Source: Octopus sinensis
Taxonomy: Eukaryota
Length of the DNA stretch: 64,000 nucleotides
Assembly (NCBI RefSeq): GCF_006345805.1
Contig: NC_042999.1
Location: 105,772,001-105,836,000 of the forward strand
Reading direction: 5' to 3'
The notes beneath the pieces are model-generated. The model saw only the letters and a program-made list of their open reading frames with translations, did no database searches and was not told the origin of the DNA. A program made the translations under genes and the position numbers. Below, one piece after another: positions 52,050 through 64,000 of this stretch (position 1 is the stretch's first letter; every line of letters starts with the position of its first letter).

Positions 52050-55000
52050 AAACATTATTAAAAAAATTATTACTGACTGAAGTAGAGATTGATCAAGTTA
52101 GACAAGCAATATCGGATAAAATGAACGAAGCTGCAGCTAGAGAAGATAATACAGAGGAAATAATTATAGACCAGCCCAGGGCTGATAAAAACGAATTGAG
52201 GATTGAAAGAGTTAGTATAAGTGATAGGCAAAGTGAAATACTGCCTGAACCAATCATAAACACTAAGACAGATGAGCATCAAATAGATAAAGAAAGTCAC
52301 ACAAATATTGACCCAACAGAACTACATGAGCTAAAAAATCAAATCATGATTGAATGGCTGAAAATTAAAGAAACCAGCATGAATGAACGTGATACACTTC
52401 CTAAAATCCGCAACTCTAACAAAAACATGAAAATAATTGGTAAAATCCGGCTTGCACTTAAGGATATAATTTCAGCTATGGTGTTGATATCACAAACCTC
52501 AACCACCTATACTATGCATCCGCGAAAATATCAACGATCCTATGTGGTGTAAAGATTAGAAAACGGCAACATTCCCACAAAAAGCCTTCTTGGCAAGAGC
52601 GTCTGCAACAACAAATTAAAATATTTAGATCTGACATTGAATATTTGAAAAACCTTAAGGCTCACAAGACTACCAAACCTACAAAAACCCCAAAATTACT
52701 GAAAAAATACAATATGAAAACTATACTTGATATTGATGCCACCATAGAAACCATCAAACAAAAGGTATCTGCCAAAGCTGAAAAGCGTGTTAGATTTTTC
52801 AAGGACAACAACATGTTAAAAAATAACACCAAGAATTTTTACAGGAAGATAGGAAAAACAGCATTTACTGCAAGGTCTCTACCATCAAAAGAAGAAGTGC
52901 AGGGATTTTGGAATAAAATCTGGGCAGAAGAAAAAAACACACAACGAAAAGGCCCCCTGGATTGACAGAATATCTACAGAACTGGACCCCTTAGAAGAGC
53001 CAAAGTGGGAGGGTGTCAAGGTAGAAGATATAAGATCTGTTCTCAGGAGGTCAAGCAAATGGAAGTCTCCAGGAAAGGATAAAATTCCTAACTTCTGGCT
53101 GAATGCCTTCCCAGAGAGCCATGAACTGCTAACAGAACTGTATAATGATGTTTTGCAACACCCTAGTAGGATGCCTCCTTGGCTAGTTAATGGGTTAACA
53201 TTCCTGCTTCCAAAAAGTGAAGAAACAAATGAACCAAAAAACTATAGACCCATAACCTGCTTAACAACTATGTACAAAACGCTAACATCTGTCCTGACGG
53301 AATATACCTATAGTTTTTTAACAGAGAGCAGCATATTCCCTAATGAACAGAAAGGATGTAAACGTGGATCCTACGGCTGTAAAGACCAACTACTCATCAA
53401 TAAGATGATCTTAGAAGATTGTCACAAACGACACATAAACTTATCAATAGCCTGGATAGACTATAAAAAGGCTTTTGATAGCCTGCCACATAGCTGGATT
53501 AGGAAATGCCTGGAAATGTACAAGATAGCACCTACTCTGCGAAACTTCTTGACTGTAAGTATGAGATCATGGAGAACCACACTAACTCTGGACAGTGACA
53601 ATGAATCCCTATATGCTGGTGATGTAAAAATTTCGTGTGGCATTTTCCAGGGTGACTCACTGCCACCACTCCTCTTTTGTTTATCCTTAATACCTCTCTC
53701 AAAGCTGCTCAATGACGCGCAGTACGAGTATGAAATGTTTGATAAAAATATAAATCATCTCATTTACATGGATGATTTAAAGCTTTTTGCAAAAAATGAC
53801 CAACAACTCAAGGGCTTACTAGCGATAGTCAAACAATTCAGTGACGACATCGTAATGCAATTCGGCCTCGATAAATGTGCAAAAGCTACCTTTATCAAAG
53901 GAAAAATGACAGAAACATCTAACGTTGACCTTGACCAGCAGAATGTCATAAAAGAACTAGACCCAGCGGAGAGCTACAAGTACCTAGGGGTAATTGAAGG
54001 GAACGGAATAAGGCATTCAGAGATGAAGAAAGGATCAGGAGAGAATGCTATCGAAAAGTGAGAGCAATACTCAAGACAGAGCTGAATGCAAGAAACAGGA
54101 TCGAAGTGATCAATGCATTAGCCATACCAGTCGTGACTTACAGTTTCAATATTGTTAACTGGTCAATTACTGAAATATGTCAGCTCGACAGAAAAATAAG
54201 GAAACTGCTGACAATGCATAGAATGCACCACCCTAAGGCAGATACAGAACGACTCTATCTGCCAAGAAAAGAGGGAGGCCGTGGTCTTTTGCAACTGGCA
54301 ATAACAATGAAGATTGCTACAATTGGCCTAGACACCTACCTGAAAAACTCTGAGGACTGGATGTTAAAACTTGTCTCAAAACATGAAAACAAGAAAGCAT
54401 CATACTCAGTCACAAAACAGGCAAAGGAATATCTAAGTGAATTCCGAATACAACCAATTTCGGAATTAGAGAGAGACATACAAGAAACAAGCACAGAAAA
54501 AGCTAGGCGCATGAAAACCCGTGCCAAAACTGCGGCCTTAGATATTCTGAATAATAAATGGCAAGAAAAACCTCTCTATGGCAAATACCCAAAGAGAGCG
54601 AATAATGCAGATATTGACAAAGCCCTGACCCATCAATGGCTAATGGCCTCTGGCTTAAAATCTGAAACATAGGGGTTTGTCATAGCAGCTCAAGATCAAT
54701 GCCTACCAACAAGAAACTACCAGGCCAACATATTAAAGAACGGCATTAGCCCAACATGTCGTGTATGCTGACAACAAAATGAAACCATTGACCATGTTGT
54801 CTCCAAATGCAGTCTTCTAGCGCCTACAGAGTACCTCAACAGGCATGATAGAGCTGCACAATATATTCACTGGGTAATTTGCAAAAACCTGGATTTGCCC
54901 CATGAAAAAAACTGGTGGGAACACAATCCACTTCCAGTGCTTGAAAATGACCACATCCCACTCCTCTGGAACTTCACCATTCAAACTGACAGGAAGATAG

Positions 55001-55545
55001 ATGCAAATAGGCCAGATATATTGAAAGACTTCAGACAAAGAAAATTGCCTCCTCATTGATATGACTGTCCCAATCGATATAAACGTATCTGTCAAGACCT
55101 ACCAAAACTGAGCAAATATAAAGATCTTGAAATAGAAATCAGCAAAATGTGGAAGCTGAAGACTAAAACAATACCTGTTGTCATAGGTGCCCTGGGAATG
55201 ATAGCGAAAGGGACTGATTGCTACCTAACTCAGATACCAGGAAACCCCAAAATGGCAGAAATTCAAAAGATAGTGCTCATGGGAACTGCTCATATCCTAC
55301 GCAAAATACTCTCTATGTAATCCCAAGTTTTAAAACAAACTTTTTATTTATTTATTTATTTATTTATTTATTTTTTTATGTATTAGACATTCACTAGTAC
55401 AGCACCAAAAAAAAAAACCAAATATATGGCACAGAACTTCCAACCTGTTGTCTCTTGAGGTCTCTGGGTGAGACTTGGAGCCAACTTGTACAGGCATAAA
55501 GCAAAAGTCAAACATAGAATAATAATAATAATGATAATAATTATA
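52050..55545 (+). mobile_element. Near-full-length R4/Dong-clade non-LTR retrotransposon, inactivated
   Basis: Single long ORF broken into pieces: WKSPGKD, NYRPITCL, WIDYKKAFD, GIFQGDSL, YMDDLKLF, CCHC finger CRVC*..HVVSKC (~54757), REL motif NRPDI..LIDMTVP..KY.DL, stop at 55318, 3' UTR, (AAT)n tail. Confidence 0.96.
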
Positions 55546-55739
55546 GGACACTAGTCTCGACCTCGTCTGGACGTCTTCTTCGCTGCGCTGATCAGTTAGT
55601 AGCCGAAGACACAGAAACACGAATACAACCCAGGAGAGCAACTGAAAAATAAATTTCAAAAACTGGAACATCTACAATCTCCTATAAATATTTTTAAAAT
55701 CCTCACTCCCTCCAAATATGAATCTTACATATCTACAAT

Positions 55740-56160
55740 TTTCTCTGGACGAACACACAAACGATAATCTTTTAAAATTGTAAGAAATTTTGATATCTAC
55801 AATTTCTGTGAATACCTTTCCTTTCCTTTCTGCCTGAATATTTGAAAATGTAAACACATTTTATAATAAGAACGCTAGAGTTTCTCTGTTCGGGCATACA
55901 AACGATCATCTTTAAAAAATTTAAGAACTTTAACATCTTCAATTTTCTATGAAAGTTTTACTCTTCTTTTCTGTCGTTTTAGTTCTCTTTCAATATACTA
56001 GATTGTAAACATCATTGTAATTGCAAGAACAATACAGCTTTCTCTGGCCGGTCAAACAAACGATCGTCTTTACAAAATTTAAAACTTTAATATCTACAAC
56101 TTTCTGTGGAAATTTACCCTTCTTTTCTCCCTCAATATTCGAATACGTAAACATAGCTCT
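55740..56160. repeat. Diverged tandem repeat, three units of ~140-160 bp
   Basis: ttctctg..acaaacgat..tcttt.aaa..tt.a.atct.caa.tt recurs at 55741, 55882 and 56040. Confidence 0.8.
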
Positions 56161-56492
56161 TTTGTTGCATCATATTAAACGTGGGATAGAAATTCACAAG
56201 CTAAGCATCTGCCGATATATATACAAACTGCACAATTACAAAAACTGAAAACCGCAGCAAAACCTATAAAAAGAAAAGGAAAATTTAAAATCCTCAAAAA
56301 AAAAAACAACCCAAATTTCAGACATTGAAAGATGTAAACATCAGTATATATATTATTATCTTTCTATTAGTAATTAAAATCAGAACAAGGTGAATTGGTT
56401 CTTTCCAAGGCCAAGGTCAGCGCCCTCATTGATCGCTAGTAGTAGTAAATACATTTGACTACTGCTGACTGCTTGATCGGAATTTTTCGATG

Positions 56493-56505
<13 letters not shown>

Positions 56506-56541
<36 letters not shown>
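56506..56541. repeat. (TTA)n microsatellite
   Basis: Seen directly. Confidence 0.95.
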
Positions 56542-56542
<1 letters not shown>

Positions 56543-58949
56543 GCACTAAAATCAGATTTAGTTAGTTACAAAAAGATGGATAGAACCACATGGGCAGTTA
56601 AGGATAAAAAAAGCTATACAATAACAGATAGATAACAGATTGAAAATCACAAACAGCTTAAGTACTTCTTGTTATCAATAGCAGTTGATTAGCAGTCTTC
56701 ATCGAGCACTGACATAATCAAATTGGTTCCAGTCGTAACCGTCCCGTGTTGCTGTATAGCAGGAATGATGTAACCTTATGTGTATTTCTATTTTAATGCA
56801 GTTGATAGATTTGGTTGCAATATCTAATACAAAACACACACACACAAACAAAAATGTAGAAACGTTTTTCGATTGTAAATTGAATACTTCTCAAACGGAT
56901 CAAAACTGCAATCTTGCTGTTATTTTCGGTGTATATGTACTTTGATGAAAATAGTGAGCATATACTTTCATTGAAAATTGCATTAAATTATTTTCCTCGA
57001 AGACTAAAATCTACCTTTAGTTCAAATTATTTTCGGACAGTATAGTAAATGACAAATTTGAAATACATGACAGGAGACATTTTGGAGCCGAGTGTGAATG
57101 TGATTTTACCGCTCGATACAAGCAGGTGTTTTATGTAGGAATATAAACAGGTTCTAAAACTCTAAGTACACTATTCAAATGATATAAAACTATCACTGCT
57201 CTTGCGTTGACATACTCTTCATAAAAATCCTGCAGCTTCATGTCGTGTTTTATATTAGTTTTGTTTATTCTTCTCCCAATGCATTTCCTGCATTACGAGA
57301 GTTAGCAACATATGTGTGAAATGGACGAATTAATAAAAAGCGGATAGAATGTAAACTGTTGAAAACAGTGATGTAATCTATATTTCAAAAGCTCGTTGCT
57401 CTTACATCATATAATTACATTAAACCAAGTACACATACGCGCGAATGCGAAGATCGCATACGCACACACCGTACACTCACACGCGAAATAGGGCTTACGA
57501 AAACCATTTTTACTAACGTAATTCCCGCAAAATCATTATAAGCTCTGATACTAAGGTGTTTTTATGCATGCGTGCAGTTAAATACAAACATTCACATATT
57601 TATATATGAATAAGTATATATATGTATATATATATATACATATATATAATAATATATATATATATATAAATATACGCATATATGCACATCCACAAACATA
57701 TATATTTATATAATATATATACATATATATATCTATATGTATATATATATAAAATGAGAATATCATGTTTGTGTATGTGGTTTTGTGTGTGTATTCATAT
57801 ATATATACATATATATATATTATTTATAGTGGTGTGTGCACATGCCTTACATTTATCATCGTCACCATCGTCATCGTCATCTTAATCATTCCGATCGTCA
57901 ATACCATTAAACAGTTTCACGCTTATTTTCCACGTTTCATTTCTGACGATTTTTACCTGCTTGGTATCAAGTTTCACCTTTTAATGGAATTTGATCAAAG
58001 TACGTCAACGAGCATGAATATAATGGTGTGAGACATTTAAAAAGATTCTGTGACCAAAAGTCAGAATAGAACCATAAAATATGTATAGAATTAAATACCA
58101 CATTAAAAAAAATAGTATCAAGGAAATAATCATAAAATTTATAGACGAATGAGTCTCTTCTCTTTTATTTTCTGTATTTGGAAATTCTATTTCCTTCCAA
58201 AGATAGGTTATGATGTAATAAAATATTTCTAAAAACAACTATTGCTAAAAGCTTCCTTTGACTACTCAGACTGAAGCTTTATCACACACAAAAACACACT
58301 CACGTACGCAGGCACATACACAAATACACACGTACATACACACACATACATACATACACACACACATATATATATGCGTATAGATATATGTATGAATGCA
58401 TACATATGAATATACATTTATATGTTTGTATGTATACATGTATATATGTATGAGTATATATACATAAATAGGTGTGTCTTTCGTGATAATGCAACATACA
58501 TCGTTTTAAACTTATATATGTATTCCTAAATGTATGTGTGCATGTTTAGATGGGTGGATAATAACAAATTAATTTCTTGAAACACTTTTACAAATAACTT
58601 CTGGCATGTTGAAGCCTTGTGATGTACCAATGTGTTCAGCTGTAGGATGAATAATTATGACACTGACGATAACGACAAATGAACATCAGTTGATATTGGA
58701 ATTCTTAACAAAAATATCTAAATATACGCATGAGAACAAATTTTCAACTACATTAATTTCATTTGAAGCATAACCTCAAATAACTGCATTGCGTTGTGTA
58801 GGGGAGCAATATGAAGTAATTATTGCAACTGCTTTCATCTAAGTTTCAGATATATAATGAAAGAGGATAAGACTATGGCGAAGCAAATGATAACTTCAGT
58901 CTACTATAAAGCTTGAGGGTGAGGGCTAAATACTACCATATTTGCAGAG

Positions 58950-59340
58950 TCTAAAATATAACTGAAAATGGTATTCTTTCTCCGGAATGTGGCCATACCA
59001 ATATACTGTGGAGGGAAGATCGTTTTTCTAGCACATTTCCCTCTACACTCTAAGGGCGAACATACTATATGAAACATCTGTAACATTTATGTGCTAATCG
59101 TGGGCAGTAACCGATAAAGTGGTGCACACTCTCACTATCCCATCCACACATTCTGCACAATGGTGACAGATGGCTGGTTGATATGTTACTTGAAAGAATT
59201 TGTTGTCAAATCCTGCTCTTGGGCACAAAAATCATCCCTTGGCTACATTTCGTCAGCTACCCATTCCACTATCTTCCTTCAACAACACATTCCGCTATCT
59301 TTCTTCAATTACCCGTTCTGCGCTTTGTGCGAAAACCCTG
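58950..59340 (-). pseudogene. R4/Dong CCHC-region fragment on the minus strand
   Basis: GMIFV-AQEQDLTTN..SPLCRMCGWDSESVHHFIGYCPRLA..YWYGHIPEK; abuts (TTA)n at 59349-59360. Confidence 0.75.
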
Positions 59341-59360
59341 CGTGCAAGTATTATTATTAC

Positions 59361-59473
59361 TGAGTGAGAGGGCAGTGCATGCATAAAAGTAACACTGGGG
59401 TAAAATATACGAAGACCAGTATGCTCATCATGACTACCCGTATGATAAAGGTACACCATGCACATGCATCACA
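59361..59473. mobile_element. Partial second copy of the 4889-5462 repeat
   Basis: Direct in-window similarity over ~110 bp. Confidence 0.75.
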
Positions 59474-60299
59474 ATGTGGGTCTCATGGTCGGGGTTCCCA
59501 CGCCATCCGGAAAGCTCGCCCGAATTTTTTGTAGGAATCGAGCGACATTTCCACCATAAGTAAATGTATTCGATTCGAAGCTCACCCCCACCTCTTTCAA
59601 ATTCAGTGTTTAGTGCTATGAGGGCCATCAGTTCCTCGTTGTCCCTTTTGATGAATACGAAGTTGAGTGTTGTGTTTTGGTGCTGTTTAATTTGTTTGCT
59701 TGACTGTAGTCTACATGCTCTTGTTGTTTCTCATGTTTCTGTCTGCTCTGAGTGTAGTATATGCAGCTTTAAATGTTTGTGTGAGTCTCTGTTTCTGTTT
59801 AGGTTGTTTGCGTGTGGGGGATTCTGGTTATAGCGATTATGTTGGTTGTGTCTGAGGTGGTGTTTTGGGGGAGATGTCTGTGTGGGTGGTGTTTGTATTT
59901 TTTGTTGGAGTTGTTAATAATAATGTTTTCATTGTGAGTAAGTTAATAACTTTCCAGCATTCCCTTCATCACATACGCAGTCATCACATTCGGTTAAAAA
60001 GGATTATTGAGGTTTTTCACTATTTTTCTTTCTTTTGCCCTGATGAGAAGATCGCATTGTTTTACATAATTTTAATCCGTCTAAAATAATACCAAAGTTT
60101 TCTTCGAAACATATTTATAACACCCGCGTTTAACTGCATTTTTTAAATTACCTGTTATACAAAATTATTCAAAATTATTTCCTGGAATTTCTACCTTTTA
60201 AGTAGGCTGTAATATCTTTGGTACTTATGTGAATTTTTCCTACCCTGGTAACTGTTTATATATTTTTTCCGTAATATTTGTACACATTAAAAAATACAC

Positions 60300-60322
60300 A
60301 GACACAGACGCGCATACACACG

Positions 60323-60381
<59 letters not shown>

Positions 60382-60427
60382 TATATATATATCTATATAT
60401 ATATATATATGTATGTATGTATGTATG

Positions 60428-60512
<85 letters not shown>

Positions 60513-61469
60513 TATATATACACATATATATATATAGGTATCTTTGTGCATGCGTGCGTGTGTGTGTATTTACTAATTGAATAGATATATTTTATTACGT
60601 TTCCTGGTTATATAAGTAATATTTTTCACTGCAAAACGCCTTATTCCATTTGAACAAAGCATCTTTAGTCGAAATATTAATTTTTTAAAAATTCCACATC
60701 AAAGCATCTCCATATATACGTACCTGCTGAATTTGTCTTACATGACACTATCCTATATATATATACATGACACTATCCTATATTAACGACTCTGCTGAAA
60801 ACTGTACTGCTTGCAGGTTTCGTTTCGTTTGTATATACATAACAAATTTTAAACTTTTCGCTGTTCAAGTAAATATTTTGCCCTAAGTCATTTACGTGAA
60901 ACTTGTAGATCGCGACACACGTGTGTAGTTAATTACTTGGAGAAGCTATAAGATGTGCCTGTAACATAATTTATGATGCTAGATAACGTGATGTGTTTAT
61001 AGAGGAAGCGTGTTCACAAGCTACATTAAGAATTATAGATTATATTGATGTGAGGCAGAGGACAAATCATTGATTAAATTTGCATGCCTACCTTCTTACA
61101 AGCGGCATTCACTATTTTGAAGTATATAGGAAATGCCTGCATTTTCACCTCCTTGTCATGTGTTTTGAATAATGATACAGTATTGATTATAACATGTTGT
61201 TTGGGAAGTATCATGATTATATGTAGAAATTGAATAAAATGACACACTATTTTGAAATTATGTCATCTGAAGTAGGAAATGAATTTTAATGAGGATATAG
61301 TAACAGTTATCATTTACTAAGTATTGGGTTCGATTTTATTCTACTGATGTACAGCACAAGTATTGCCAAGTCTTTATATGATTAAGAGATAAATAAAAAG
61401 TTAAATACCCATAATTTTATGCTTAGCGTACCTTGTGCTGACATTTCTGTTGTGCATAACTGTCTGACA

Positions 61470-61551
<82 letters not shown>

Positions 61552-61843
61552 AAACTATAGAATAAGAACCTTATTTTGATTTCAATTAAATATACGAGTT
61601 AAGTATATTGTTATATGTTAAATACATAAAATTCCCAATTTTCTTGGGGAATTTCTGAATCGTTTTTGCAACTGTTTTAAGGAATTCGTTATTGGTGAGG
61701 TTACTGAGGTCTACAACAGATGATTAGCAGATACGGAAGGTTGTATACAGTCTAACAGATATTACAAAGAACAGCCAAATTGTGTTAAATTCCCAATACA
61801 TATCTTCTAATAGGAAAACATATACTGGATAAAGGAGTTCATG

Positions 61844-61916
<73 letters not shown>

Positions 61917-62120
61917 ATATACACATACACGGCCCGACAAACGTAATATACACATGCACACACAGCTCTCTGACAAAAATAACATACAAATACACACGCA
62001 TACACAAGTACACACGCATACACATATAACCGTGCATACGCTCACATACACATGTACACACGCACCACCCTCACAAAGGTAATACACACATACTCACGCA
62101 CAAACACGCATGCATGCACT
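60300..62120. repeat. Region with several (CA)n/(TA)n/(TATG)n arrays (about 60300-60565, 61473-61546, 61848-62120)
   Basis: Seen directly; source of the YIYIYI ORFs. Confidence 0.85.
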
Positions 62121-62419
62121 TAAACTCAAATTCACACCATTCTTTACTTATAAGTCACACATATAAAGGACCTCAGAACGTTTTATTATCAATCGTCAAC
62201 TACATTGTCACCCGTGACGATCAGCCACCCACTTTCCTTTTACATCCGAAGAAGAATACTAGATGACAATGGCATTTAAGGGATATATCCTTAACATTTA
62301 TCATTTCTGTATAAGAGGAAGATTTTAAAGAGAAAATTGGAACTCTATTTATAACTGCCAAACTCTAGCCAGGTGCAAAACCCTTATATGTGAGATCCGA
62401 GAACTCTAAATAGTCTATT

Positions 62420-62770
62420 ACACATTCTATCTTCTTGTCAAAGACTCTATTACTTCATCGGGATATATTCTTGTAAACTAGTTTTCATCTTATCATTATA
62501 AAAAAATAATATTACCTGATCTGAATGCGTTACTATAAACTACTTCTTGACTGATCACATAGGATACACATAATTTATTCTCTTGTCAAAGACTATATTT
62601 ACTTAATGAAGAAATATTCATGTAACCTAATTTTTTCTTATTATCATTATAAAAAAATATAACTTGATCTGAATGTTTTTATATAAACTATTTTTTACTC
62701 ATCACAGATGATACACGAAGCATCAAGACTGTTCCTATCATTGTCAAAGTCTCTATCACTTGATTTTGTA
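62420..62770. repeat. Diverged tandem repeat, ~2.3 units of 148-158 bp
   Basis: ttgtcaaag.ct at 62435, 62583 and 62741; ttatcattataaaaaa..tgatctgaatg..tataaacta..atcaca..gatacac occurs twice. Confidence 0.8.
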
Positions 62771-62903
62771 AATTAATTTTTGACACTACACTTTACTTTT
62801 GAAAATCTTTTTAAATAAGTGAAGCCGGTTAAGTTAATAAATACATTTAAGAGACTCCTGCATTTTCCGATATTTCTCCTTATATATATTTGTGTACCTG
62901 TGC

Positions 62904-62977
<74 letters not shown>

Positions 62978-63419
62978 CACGAACTAGTCAAAATGTGAGT
63001 CTCTTTGATCAAAGGTGTATTTGATCTGGGCAGAAAGAAAAATGAGAATATCAACGTGGGAATTTTGTAACTGAACAGATGTATTTGCCATACCCCCTAT
63101 ACATAATCAATTTATGGCAATGGATACAGTATAATTCTAAGGAAAAATAAAATGTTTAAAAGGAAATTGTATTTTAATTCTTAGTAAGTTATCACTAACC
63201 GAATAACAGGTATTGAATTTATTCGGAATTTTTTTTTTAAAGCTACCCAGTCGTTCGAAGCGATTACATTATTTTCTGAATATATAATAGTAGCTCATTT
63301 GATGCAGTTACTACCTGCCAACATATAAAACGTCCACATTTTATACGATATAGTTTCAAAAGGTTCTCTGACTAGTTATATTTAATAAAAATAACTTAGT
63401 TACCTAAGTTTTAAAATCA

Positions 63420-64000
63420 TCTCCGAAATAGTCACCTTGTGCAAACATGTACCGGACCCTACGTTCCTCCCACTTTTGGAGTCTTCATTTTCTTAAGCGT
63501 GCCGAGAAACTTCTGCTGTTCGATCTCGATCTCGACATCATGTTAAAACGGCGACCTTTGAGCTGCCTTTTCATCTTGGGGAAGAGATGGAAGTCTGCAG
63601 GTACTACAACTGGCGAATCGGGCGGATACGGATGCCATGTTGATGTTGGCGATAAACTCATGAGTGAGGAGAGCTCGTTCATAGGGTGCATGGTCATCGT
63701 CAAGAATCCAATTCGTCGCACTCCACAGATCCGTTTGCACCGAATATCCTCCCTCAAACGTTTCAAAATTGACGGTAAAATTATTGATTGATTTTCTGGC
63801 ACGGGCGACGAATTGCCGATGCACAATACCGCGGCTGTGGAAGAAAACGATGACTAGGTACTTCATTGAGCTGAAGCTCTCTCGTGGAGATGAATGGCTC
63901 CTCCATTGTGACGACTGCTGTTTTACCCGTAGACGTATTCCCAAGTTTAACGCAAAGTTTCTCGTTGGCTCTTTGTTTCAACTTGCTGTCGAAGGCTACA
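63420..64000 (-). pseudogene. Mariner (DD34D-type) transposase relic running off the window edge
   Basis: KQQSSQW, IVFFHSRGIVH, LKRLREDIR, NWILDDDHAP, PYPPDSP..PADFHLFPKMKRQLKGRRF; frameshifted. Confidence 0.9.

Noticed and set aside
60035-60090. CTGATGAG at ~60040, checked as a hammerhead
   Set aside because: No stem II followed by GAAA.

Overview
This is AT-rich (roughly one third GC by eye), microsatellite-dense eukaryotic DNA. It is most likely intronic or intergenic sequence from an Octopus (coleoid cephalopod) genome, judged from SINE families I recognise from memory, not from a search. I see no rRNA, tRNA gene, CRISPR array or intact, recognisable host gene. Almost all ORFs in the track are microsatellite read-throughs, antisense shadows or transposon fragments. 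Elements that can be supported: about 11 R4/Dong-clade non-LTR retrotransposon pieces (one near full length at 52.05-55.54 kb, inside a pile-up at 47-55.5 kb), a young CR1-clade LINE, two RTE-type 3' ends with clear target-site duplications (TSDs), a Penelope-like (PLE) RT relic, a Gypsy integrase/PPT/LTR relic, a Helitron relic, three Tc1/mariner relics (one DD41D), two MITEs and many SINEs. The most interesting signals are RNA motifs that the ORF track cannot show. The first is a minimal type I hammerhead ribozyme with a complete catalytic core, inside a 495-bp non-coding insertion bounded by a 13-bp TSD (37.48-38.00 kb). The second is a disabled copy of the same family with a 9-bp TSD (15.0 kb). 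The third is an unrelated hammerhead-like motif at 26.3 kb. These fit a known class (PLE/retrozyme hammerheads), so I cannot claim a new biological system. A weak, hand-picked chain of four phase-compatible minus-strand exons is reported at low confidence. Boundaries of degenerate repeats are approximate.
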